DNA of 64,000 nucleotides from Pelomyxa schiedti (Eukaryota > Protista > Evosea), in the NCBI GenBank assembly GCA_020536535.1, contig JAHLWZ010000151.1, positions 1 to 64,000 on the forward strand, written 5' to 3'. Shown piece after piece: positions 38,339 to 50,065 of the stretch (positions are counted from its first letter, which is position 1; every line of letters begins with the position of its first letter). The notes beneath the pieces were generated by a model. The model worked only from the letters and a program-made list of their open reading frames with translations, ran no database searches and was not told the DNA's origin. Position numbers and translations under genes: made by a program.

Positions 38339-41300
38339 ATGTCACGCGAACGGAGACGCTCGAACCCGGCGCTGCCGACTGCGGCAGTTTCTTCGGCGGC
38401 GCTGACGTCATCGTCGCCGGCAATAGGGGACGGCGTGAGGCTTGTCTCGTCGACGTCTGCCTTGACAAACGTGAGGCTGGCCAACAGCTTCAGCACGCCC
38501 AACTTGGGCAACCTAGCGTCGTCGTCATTGTCAATGGCAACGATTTGCGGCAACGGCGGGGTCCGGAATGTGGCGTCGTCGCCCTCTTCCACCTCTTTCA
38601 ACAACAGCGGGACAACCGGAGACCCATTATGGGACGGCACCAACAACGGGGTCGACGACGAAGGCTGCGGTGGCGTGAGGAATTGGCTGGAGTCAGTAGG
38701 CCGGGGCTTCGGGGCCAATTATGGGAGACGGTTTGAGGAGGAGGAAGTTACCCTCAAGGTTCTTTGGACATTGACTGATTCTGACCTCCGGGAACTGGGT
38801 GTTACCAAAATGGGCCATAGGAAGCTCATCTCAATAGCAGCTGAGAGGCTCAGGCCCTCAGATTCCAAGTTGGGTTCGGTCTCATCACCCTATTGCAGCT
38901 GTTCGCGTAAGGAGCGAGACAGAGACAGGGATAGGGAAAGAGAAAGAGAAAGAGAAAGGGATAGAGATAGAGACAAGGAGGAATCTCGTGGAAGGGATTC
39001 TGAGAGGAGCAGTGAACCTCCGGCCAACTTGAAACACCATCACCACCACTCTTCTTATCCTTCAGGTTCCGTGCATTCCTCTTCGCGGAGCTCACCTCCA
39101 AGAAGGACTGGGCCGTTGTTCCAGCCACTGGATGACTCATTCCCTCAGGTAGTGGCACCAACTCCACAGCAGCCAATGCTTACTTTGACTCTGCCGGCAT
39201 CTCCCACATCATGCACAACTCCACAGGCTCCTCAGTCACCTGCTACTCTCGTACTGAACCCTCTTTCAACAGCTATACAAAGTGACCAGGGTTCAAGTGC
39301 GGTAAGTGACTCAACCGCCCCTGCGCCGTCTCCAACACACTCTCCTGCCAGTTCACCTCGAACAATACCTTCGCCTGCCCCAATCACTGTTTCCTCCTCG
39401 TCTCCTCACCTTATGCCAGGCCCTGGAACGCCAACAACTCGACCTAGGCGGTCATCACATACAATTGCACCCTCTCCAATTTCTGTTACTTCAACCCCCA
39501 ATTCCAACTCAACTCCAGTTATTTCGACCTCAGTAGTACCCTCTACAACTCCCCCACCAAGTCCTCAAGGTTCATCTTCATCGTCAGATCACAGTTACTA
39601 TGGAATGCTGCGCTCTTCACCATACCCGGCCTACAATGAAGATGAGCAGAATGAATTGGGTATGTGATTCAAGAAAAGATATTTTTCTTACTGTGAATAG
39701 CAAACAGTTCTGACAAACTGAAAATATCCATGCTGGCAATGTCCGATGTTTTTATTCAAGGTGTGGAACTTTGTGGCCAACTTGGAGAAGGGTCATTCGG
39801 TGTAGTGTGGAGGGTATATTAGCAGTTTGCACAGTCACAGACCTAATAATACAATCAGGGTTTATGGAAAGGAATTCAGGTGGCAGTTAAGAGGGCCAAA
39901 GATTGTACTCCCAGAGAAGGTGACGAGGCCGATTGTTTTATGCAGGAAGCGGCAGTATGACTTCGAGGTAACACTGGCCTCTAAGACAATAATACAGGTG
40001 CTCAAACGAATGAGGCACCCAAATGTTGTATCTTTCTATGGAATATGGTCAAATGAGGAGGTGCCTCACCTTGTTTGTGAGTTTATGTCTGCCGGGTAAT
40101 GAATCATTGTATCTCCAGTCTAGCTCAGCTTTAACAGGAGCTTGGACAAGTACCTTGAAAAAAACAATGTGAAAATCCCAACCTCTCAGCTTCTGAAGTT
40201 TGCACAGCAAACTGCCCTTGGAATGATTTACTTGGAGTCTTGCAATGTCATTCATCGGTGTGATTTCGAGCAAAATGACAATTTATTCTTTATTTACTAA
40301 GAAAACATTGCACAAAAATAGGGATCTGGCAGCACGGAACGTGTTATTGAAACCATCATCAGATGGACTAGTAGCATGTGTTGGAGGTACTTGGTTTCTC
40401 TTGTGAGCATGTCTCTAAAACGAAAAAGATTTTGGTCTCAGTCGAATTTTAAGTGATGCCTCAGAACAATACAATTCATCCTCCAATGTCATGCCTGTAT
40501 TTTTTGCTACATTTACTTCCTTCACTTTTAACAGCACCTTTTCTTTTTCCCTCACTAGATTAGATGGGCAGCACCGGAGTCTTTAATGTCACGTATTTTT
40601 TCATCTAAATCCGATGTCTGGAGCTTTGGTCAGTATACCAACTTGACATTTAGAGTGATATCAATTAAGAATCGACAGGTGTGGTCATGTGGGAAATATT
40701 TTCTCTAGGTGCTGTTCCATATTCAGAATTAGCCAACACTGGTGTCCTGTCCCATATTAAAAAGGGAAACAGATTACCTATTCCCATCAATTGCCCTGAA
40801 TCTCTGTTTAAAGTGATGCTGAATTGCTGGAAAGAGGTACGCCATTTAAAACCTGGAAGGGATGAAGTGGAAAGGTGAAAGTTTAATTTAGACTAAACAT
40901 CCAGAACCCTGAAGAGCGGCCAACATTTGAAGAGATCAATAATCAATTGTTGAAAACGCACACTGCCACTATCAAGGTACTAAGCCATTCCATTGATTCT
41001 AGACATAACCCAAGTAGGTGTGGTTTTTACATTGTGAGCAATGCTTTCACTCCACTGCTTGTAAACATCGCGCAATTCCTTGGTTTGAGCAAGGTTGTGT
41101 CTTAGTTCCGAGTACTGCCGAAGTTCCAGCAACTACACGGAATCCAACCACTACCACTCCCCCTACACCCTTGCACCGCAGTGCTGGATTTGTGGAAACA
41201 CAAGATGGAAGAATCTTTGGTGTACCCACTGCTTGGCCATCTGGCCTACCGAGTCTCTTATGTACATCGGTGGAATTGGCCTGTGTTCTTTGGGTTCAAC

Positions 41301-42539
41301 AGAGGGTAATGCAAATTTCCTGTTCTCACTTTAAAGAAGATGGATCCTACACAATTGAGTTTGATGTACATGACAGGTAAGGTTATATTTTCATTTCGTA
41401 GAGTTTATCTGCATGCAGATTAGTGCTTGCAAGTGCACCAAAGCGGGACCTTAATGAGGTTCAAGACTCCCTTGGATTTTGTATTCCAGGAGTAAACCTT
41501 CTTCCTGTGAATCGTAAGTTGTTGCCTTCGACTCCCAGTAACTTTCTACAGTTTCGTTGTTTGCAGTTTTTCCTGGAAACCTGCCAGACATGTTTATCCT
41601 TGTTTGTTCAAGTTTTCTATCTAACCGTTGCAGATATCGCTATGGTGCTTGCTGTGATATTTGCTCTCAGTCTATTCCTATGAGTTCCTCTTGGCAGCAT
41701 TGCACAGACCCGGCATGTACTAACTTTGACATGTGCACGTCTTGTTATGCTGCTTCAGTTAAGGATGGAAAAGAAGTAATCAAAGGAACACACCTTGCTT
41801 CACATCAAATGCTAAAAGGTTAGCTTTTTCTTCTCCAAATTTCCAAGCACCGAGTCACTTTTGCACCGCTATCACAGCGTTTGGAAATGTTGAAGTACCC
41901 ATTGTCCCAGAAACAGTATGCACACCCAGCATGTGGATACCCGGAGACGCACAAGTCTCTCCCTCCGGGGCATCGGCAGGAGCCCACGTAATGGCGGTAG
42001 TCTCCCGCGACCCCTTTGTTGTCCTGCGGGGCATAGTATCCCCCATACAAGTCACCCGCAACCTCACCCCGTTCACGCGGCAGCTCCCGCCCATAACCCC
42101 GTCGCCCACCCCCGGCCCCGGCCCCAATACTCCCCCGTCGACCCCGCCCTCCTCGGCGTCTTCCACCTCGCCTCCTCAGCCGCAGCAGCCCCCAGCAGCC
42201 GTGCCCCAGCCTTCCTCCGCTCGCTCCGGGACTCCCCGCGGCGGTGCCGGGGGAGGGAATGCCCAGCCGCCTGCAACAACCACGGCGGCACTCAGTGCCG
42301 CTGAGGCTGCAGCTTCTGCGCTGGCATCAGCATCCCACAGCAAAGTGATAGAAACAGGAACTGTGAAAGAGATGGTTTCTGTACTGGCCTTGCACCTGGT
42401 CAAAATTGACATCACCATTTCCCGTGACAGGCTTCACGCTGTGCTACGGTTTTTTCCTCTCTCATCACTATATGTTTTGAACTCATTCACTCAAACAGAG
42501 ATGCCAGGACTAAAAGAAAGGGCATTCTCACATCCTTGA
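38339..42539 (+). CDS. SAM domain + tyrosine kinase + ZZ zinc finger protein, spliced
   Basis: SAM VRNWLESVG...LTDSDLRELGVTKMGHRK; kinase GEGSFG, VAVK, HRDLAARN, DFGLSR, PIRWAAPES, SDVWSFGVVMWEIFSLG; ZZ CDIC...HCTDPACTNFDMCTSCY...HLASH. The 3' end is uncertain (42513-42539). Confidence 0.85.
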
Positions 42540-42597
42540 GAAAGTTCTTTGTGTAATTGGTATTGGTACTAAAAATGTAAAAAAAAATTTTCTTTGC

Positions 42598-44512
42598 TTA
42601 TGAAAGTTTGTGTATTGCAGAGAGAAGGTCCTTGTGGTGTTCTGGGGCAACATGCTGTGTGGTTCTAAGTGATAGAAAAAGGAAAAAAAAAAGGGTAAGG
42701 GAGTCACCATTTGTGCTAAGTCTTCCGGTCCTATAAGTGCGGCGATCTTCAAAGAGTCATAGCCATTTTCAATGAACACAGATGAGTATGCTGCCAATCC
42801 AAGGGAGTGCAACCACCTAGCAACTTCATTGTCAATGTTGGGAATTGGTGCCTTGGCCACAGGGGCGGGGGTAGGTACGGGTGCCTTGGGATTAGCACTG
42901 GCTGATTTATTTGGTGTGGATGTGGATGCACTGGATGTGGGAGCCTGTTTTGTTGGGGGAAGTTGTTGTGTTTGAACTGGTGCTGCTTGTTTTGCTGGTG
43001 GGGCAGACGTTTGTCTTGCTGTTTGTGACGTCGAGACAGGTTTTACTGTTGGTGCAGATGCAGGCACTGATGTTGAGGTTGAAGCAGCAGTTGTGGAGCT
43101 TGTTGAACTTGCTTCCACATCAGCTGTTACCTATTACAAGTTGAGATTCACTTGAGGACTGACAAGTACCTTAAAAACAGTTAATACTTCCTCTGTGAGG
43201 CGTTTGCGTTCATCACGGAGTAACTGCAATTGCTCCTGTCGCAACGACGCTCTGAGGCAAATTCAATGCTTGTAAATAAGAAACAATTTTCATACAATTT
43301 TTCGTCTATTTTCAAGCTGAGTTGCTTTCTTAAAGTTTCTATCTTGTCATGTTCCTCCAGCCATATTTGGCGTTGATTATTAAGGGATTCACATAATTTC
43401 TTTTTTTTTTAGTTGTGAAAAATATTGGATGGGTCCTTACAGTGTATTGCGCTTGCTCCGCTTCAGGCGCAACCCGCCTTTTTGCCTCATTTTGGAGAAG
43501 CACAATTTCAGCTTGTACGGATTTACGCATCTCCTCCACCCTCTGGTCATAGGCATCCAATCGACGTATCTGGGACTATTGCAGGTTGGCTGTTGTTTGT
43601 TTTTATTGTGTTTTGTTGGTAGAGACCTCAAATCTTTCTGTGACAGTCTCACTTTTTTTAAGAGCAGTTTCCATTCGCTCAGTTTTTTTCAGAGTCTCTT
43701 TCAGTTGCCTAACAGCCTTCAACATCACAAAACGTAAGAGATTACTAACTTGAGAGTGGAGTTGACATCTTGTATACCAAGTGCAAGTTGCTGTTTAATG
43801 GCAGACTGATGCTCAAAAAACGACTGGTTCATGTGATTCAACATTTTAAAGAATGAAGTAAAGATACCTTCTGAAAAGTTTCTTCCATGTCCCTCCTCTC
43901 CTCTGCATTCTGAGCAGCCTGTGTTTCATATTTCTTTAAAAAGATCCCCCACAGGGATTGCTCTCTTTCTTTGGCCTCTGTGTTCAGTCTTTGCTCCTGT
44001 GCAAATTAACACCTCAATCTTAATCGAAGGGGACCACACCTGAGCAGAGTGTGCTACTTTTAGCAGTTCGTGAATTCGTTCAGCATTCGTTCCCACCGTG
44101 GAATCAAATTTGTGCTCCAAAGTTGTGACTCTCTGAGTCAGAGCCGCCATTTCGGATCGAACTTCCCTCAATTGGTCGTTCAGTCCCTCTGTCGTTCAAG
44201 CAAGATCAGAACTAAAAATTATTGCAACGGCTGCCAGCAAAAACAGGAGAAGAGGAGGAGCGCAGAAGCACCTACAGAAGCAGATAAACCGTCGAGAGAT
44301 TTCCTGAACTCGTTGGCGTGGGCCTCGGCGGCCCTCCTGTCCGCGACCTGGGTATCAGATACGCGCTTGAGCTCCTGCCCTAGTTCGAACAGAAACTGCG
44401 CCTTGTTGGCCGTGGTGCTTGGCGTAGTGCTCCTCGCCGCAGCGCCATTTGCAACCGGGGGCGAAGACGATGACGCGGGCCCTGCGGCGTTCGGCGTACC
44501 CGTCCGCGACAT
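42598..44512 (-). CDS. Coiled-coil protein with C-terminal SAM domain, spliced
   Basis: Heptad-rich exons; EVARWLHSLGLAAYSSVFIENGYDSL...EDLAQMHVAPEHHKDLLSAI. Confidence 0.8.
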
Positions 44513-44805
44513 TGATTGACTTTTGAATCGATTCGGAGAGAGATCTCTTGTTGGGCCGCACGGAAGGATGGCAACTCAAACGAAGACTTCATGTTGTCAC
44601 TCACCCATGCATGGCGTTTTTACTGTTCTTTTCTTGCCACTACCCTCGGAGCTGGTACATTCATTGTTTTAATTGATATCCAGAGCTCGGTGTTGGTTTT
44701 CCTGTTGCAAACTGAGTCGTTTATCGACGACGAACCTCTTACCTTGTCACCCTCTGGACTTTTACTGGTTTGATTTGTATAGTATGATGAACCATATCTG
44801 CCCCA

Positions 44806-44953
44806 GTGGGGAGAGTCATTTTTACCCTCGATGTACCAACGACGAAGGCGAGACCAAGGATTGCGGTGCACGGCAGCACGTTCCATTTGGACGACGCCAC
44901 GTGCGTGTTCATGCTCAAGCAGCTCCCACAATGGCGCGACGCGGAGGTGGTCC
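44806..44953 (+). CDS. MYG1-like (UPF0160) exonuclease N-terminal exon, truncated by the assembly gap
   Basis: RIAVHGSTFHLDDATCVFMLKQLPQWRDAEVV resembles MYG1 IGTHNGTFHCDEALACxLLRxLPEYRDAEIV. Confidence 0.7.
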
Positions 44954-45053
44954 NNNNNNNNNNNNNNNNNNNNNNNNNNNNNNNNNNNNNNNNNNNNNNN
45001 NNNNNNNNNNNNNNNNNNNNNNNNNNNNNNNNNNNNNNNNNNNNNNNNNNNNN
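44954..45053. other. Assembly gap (100 N)
   Basis: Run of N, followed by about 200 bp of very AT-rich low-complexity DNA. Confidence 1.
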
Positions 45054-47175
45054 CTGTTCTGTTTGCTTGTTTATTATTTTATTTATCGGAGTGGTGTTTT
45101 TGATTTTATTATTAAAATACAAATTAAATTTGATTTATTTTAAATAATTATAATGTATTAACCATTATTATTAAAAATGTAATTTATTATATAATAATAA
45201 ATTAAATTTAATGGTTATATATGCGTATTATTATTATATATTATTAATTACGCCTCCAGTTCTTTTTTCCATTCGACCTGTATTAGAAGTCTCCGCATTA
45301 CACCAGTTTTTACGCTGCTTTCAACCTGTATTAGAAGTCCCCGCTTTCCGCCAGTATGTGGCTTCTTCTTTCTTCGTTTTCTCACGTAGGATAATTTAGG
45401 TGCCGGACGTGGTGGCTGTAATCCCAGCTGGCTAGGTTTTTCTTATACTGGCACGGTGGTATGTAGCTTTTTTTTTTTCCAGCTGCGCCAGCTGCCCAGA
45501 TGGCAACCGCCAACGTACATCCCTCCCCTCGTCATCCCACTCAAAGTACTAGGTACCAGACTGGGCACCAGGCCGGATTCCTCACACTCACTCTCACCAT
45601 CCTCACCTCACACCTCTATGTACAAGCCTGAAGTCGAAAATCGACTTCAGGCAAAAAAAAAAGTTATGCCCTTAAGTCCTTGGATAAAAAATCGTGCCAC
45701 CTTTTTTTAAATCCACATTTTGAGAAGTGGGCATTGTGAGTACACATGAGAGTGAAAGAGTAAGAAGGGAAATTTGGGCTTGGGAGAGTACTCTGGTTGG
45801 TTGGTGACTTGGGGGTGGTTGTTGTTGGGGTTGGGGGCGAAGTTGAATGATTTACTTATAAACTGAACATGTATGTTGTTGAAGATGATTTACTTATAAA
45901 CTGAGGCTGAGGCTGAAATCAGGCAGAGGCAGAAGAAGAGTACTCTCGTGGCGGCTGTGGGTTCTGCTGGTGGTACTTGCCTTTTAACTTGTGGTCAAAA
46001 CGAAAAGAAAAACAGGGTTGTTGTGTGGCGTTTGTGGCGATGATTCTACAAAAAAGAGACCGAGACGTATAATCGTAATATGCACACTGCCACGCTACTG
46101 CTACTGCTGCTATCTGGTCGGTGTTTTGGCTTGTGGGTTTTTTTACTCTCTCTGTGGTGTGACTTGTGTGCCAACGGGGTGTTGGTGGTGGCGGGGGTGG
46201 TAGGACGATTTAATAAACTGGTCGCGCTTGTGTGTGTGGGGAGGTGGAGGAGGAGTTTAGTGGTGGTGTGAGTGTGAGAAGGAGAAGGCGAGGGATGACA
46301 GGCACTTGTTGAATGCAAGGGCTATTTCGTCATCGGTTGTTGTTGGTGCGGAAACGGTGGGTGAGAATACAATGGATGCGCAGCTGTACAACAACTTCTC
46401 AATCACTGAGAATGGCGGCCGGTTGCACTCTGTTGGTAATAAATGGTTATAACCTTACCTGTAAGAATTTACTACTAGCTTATATTCCTATTTAATGAAC
46501 GTGCTGGCAGCTCACCTCTTATTGAGAGACAGGACTTGACAATAAGTGCAACAAGCTGAGAGCAAATAGGATGAAGATTCGGGAACTTGGAGTCCAACTT
46601 TGACGTTGCACGTAGACATGAATTTCTTCTATTCAGGAATTCAACAACAATACCCTCTCCAACATCCGTATTTGCACACAGTTGATCCAGTTTGTGAATT
46701 GTATGGAGCCTGCAGTAATCGTTTTTGAAATATAAAATGGCCACTTTTTTTTCCCAAAAAATCGTTTACATAGTTTACGAGCTGTTGTGCTCTTCTCCCT
46801 CTGGGTCCGGAGCATAACTAAAAAAACCATTACGAGTGAATGGGAATTCATGTACATACAGAACAGCTAGAACGGACTCCACAAATTCATCCACATTTGT
46901 AAAGCTGGTTGTATCAGCAGCAGGATTCTTGTGGTTTTGGCACAGAACTTCAATTTCACCTTGGGCACGCTGCCGGCTCTGTAATAATCCTCGGCCAGTG
47001 CCTCGGCTGTGGGGGTGGCAGGGGAGCTGGCAAAGTGGCTCACAGAGGGGAGGAGAACAATGATGGGGATGGTGATGGTGCATGTGTTATGGCTATATGA
47101 GGATGTGGTGATTGATTCATTGAGGGCAGCAGCTGGTGAAGAAAATTTTGCCAATCAAAAAAAAGTTAATTAAAA

Positions 47176-48266
47176 ATGTGGAAGAGACAGAACGAGATCA
47201 AGGGGGTGTCGGCAGGGCCGGTGAGCGACGCGTGTTTATTTGTTGGGGTTTTCCGTCTTACGAGTGGTGTAGGTTATAGAGCTCAAGGCTCTGTTGTTTG
47301 AAAAAACCGAAGAAGTCAAGAATGCCAAAATTGCTGGTGAAAGAAGAGCAAAGAAGGTCTGTGCTTATTTGTTAAAATGCACATTGTTTGCTTTTGCTTT
47401 TGCGTTTTCCATTTTCTAATATTCATTGTACAGGTCCGTGGTGAGAAGAAGGGTACATTGCATATCAAACAAAACAAAGGTGTGGCTGAACGTGATGCCA
47501 AGGATTTGGCTGCAATTGAGAGTGAGACCATGACACCCGAGAAGGCTGAAGCCGCTTTAAAGGCAAAAGCTGATCTTTATGGGAGAATGGGTATTCCACC
47601 TTTTTTTCCCCATTTTGTGTAACATTAACGGTAACAATACACAAACCAGTAAGGGGAGAAGTTCTGGAATCAACAGACACAAGCAATACCTCACCGGACA
47701 AGCCAGAATGCATGGTGGACTTTGGTGTTAAAAGATACGAAGACCTTACGTCTGAAACGTCCACTTCCACACAATCCACGGCTTCTACTTCATTTTACGC
47801 GGAACCAAGCCCCGTTGTTAGGGATGCTAAGAAGCATTTTCATAGCGCCGACTATCTTGAATCATGGGATGAAGGTACGGCAAGGTTGAAAATGCTACTC
47901 TTTTAACAGGAACCTTTCTGAACAGACGCCAAGCGCCGCCGCCATCTTGAGCTGCTTGGTCAAGTTCTGGAAGAAACAAGAGGTGGAAGAGAGCAAGCTC
48001 AAGAAACCAAAATGCAAAGACACTCAACAACAGCGGCCAGGTTGGAAACGATCCGGCGCAAGCAACTGAGCCACAAACAATACCTAGAGCACCAACAAAG
48101 ACTCCAAGCTTACAACGAATCCCGAGAGTTGCACACAACAGAAACAACCACACCATCATCAACAAAATCCACCACTTCTAGCACCACAACTACACCCACA
48201 ACCACCAACCACACAGAAGACCCCCCTTCTTCTGAGACGGCAACACCAGACACGAACTCCAGTTGA
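47176..48266 (+). CDS. CCDC174-like protein, spliced
   Basis: VIELKALLFEKTEE, QNKGVAERDAKD, LKAKADLYGRM and MVDF follow the CCDC174 N-terminal pattern. Confidence 0.7.
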
Positions 48267-48386
48267 GAAAACTATGTATAAAAAAAAAAGACATGGAAAG
48301 GAAAAGGCATAAATTTGTCTTTTTGAATAGTGTTTTTGGGTTTTTGTTTTGTTTTTATGCCTTTTGTTGGGATGGGTATTGGGAGA

Positions 48387-49829
48387 TCAAGCCCAAATCT
48401 GGAGGTAAAGTGAGAATTAAGAAAGGAGGAAATTGCCAAGTACCCTAAGGGAACTGTCCCAAGAGCCAGTGCAGAGTGCCATGCCATCAACACTCACACC
48501 AAGGCAGGACACACGGTTTTCGTGCCCTGTCAAAGTCATCACCTTGTCGCCCTTGAGTGTATCCCACATATTACAGTTAAAGTCTGAGGAGTGGTTAGTT
48601 GGACAAAGGAGTAACGAGAAGGGAAAAACCGTCATAGCCTGCGAACAAGAAACGGCCACTAAAGCTGAAAGCAACAGAGGTAATACCACAGACAATGCCC
48701 TCTGGGTTTATTTCAGTAAATCTCAGCATAACGGGAAGGGATTTCACACCGTGCATGTATTTCATAAGTTCACGATCAGCACGAAGATCGAAGAGTCGGC
48801 AACTGGCATCATCAGAGCCTGTGCCAAAAGCGAGGCCATTGGGGAAAAAGCTATACATAGGCCCTAAGTAGACAAAAAGGAGAATAACTTAGAACTACCT
48901 GACGGAGTTTATATCAGACTCGTGACCGGTGAACGTTTGTACACATTTGTTGGACCTTATATCCCACAGTTTCGCTGTAGCGTCACAGGCACCGCTGACG
49001 AAGGTGTTTTTATCGGGTGCTATTGATACACTGTGCAGAAGTTGGAGGAATCCCAACCAAGAGAGATATTACCTCATTACATCGCCGGTATGGTCAGCAA
49101 ATTCCGAAATTTTGTTGCCGTTTTCGATGTCCCACAATATACACAACATGTCTCCGGAGGATGTGATGATTTGTTGTTCGTTGAGGAATCGGCAGCAGGA
49201 AAGGTATCCAGTGTGTGATGTCAGCTCTCGAGAAACGCGAATAGGCCCCTCCCTTTGCCTCAGAGAGTAAATTGAACAGGTGTTATCCAAACCACCACAG
49301 GCCACAAAGTTCGATTGAGGAGAGTATGCGCAAGTCATAACCCTTTGTGGGAGTTAATCAAAACAGAGGTGGATGTTCGCCATACCAAGATGAGCGGAGG
49401 GGAATGACATGAACTTTGTTTCTGCAAAACAGTAAGTTCATCAACATCAAGATTTGGGAGGATGAATGTACGTGGACAAGCCATCCCAGACCAAGAGTTT
49501 CCCGTCCTGTGAGGCGGAAACAAGGTGGGTCTTGTCCTCAGACCAATGCATGGCATAAATCTTAGCCAAGTGGCCCTTCAAAGTCCTACGGGAGGTGACT
49601 TTGTCAACACGCCCAACGAGCGAAGGAATGTCCTTCGTGGCGAGCTTCACTAAAACAGTGTGAATTGAAGGGGAAAAAAAAAGAGAAAGTTTTCCTCTCC
49701 GAAAAGAGCGGGAAACGTACTGGTGGAGTCGTTCTTTTCGGCTCGGTGAGCGTTAATTTCCTCCTTCATTCGGTCACATTCGTGCCTTACTTTCTGTATT
49801 TGCTCGGCAATAGACTTGGGATCTCCCAT
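48387..49829 (-). CDS. gpbA: Heterotrimeric G-protein beta subunit, spliced
   Basis: [75 protein letters not shown]-stop. Confidence 0.97.
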
Positions 49830-50065
49830 TTGTTTGTTATGTACGTTAGTCTGTTGTCGCTCGGCTGTTGTTTACTTTTCTTTTTTTTCTTTTGTTTTGT
49901 TGTTTGGGTTTGAATCGATTTTCTCGGTTTCTTTGATAACGGCCTTCCCTTTTTGAAACAGTTGCTTCGGGCCATCAAACAATAAAACCCCGGCGCGTTT
50001 GACACCTGGGCGAGATCCAGCTTATCGCCATAACTTCGTATCTTTTCTTGGAGATCTAGGACACC

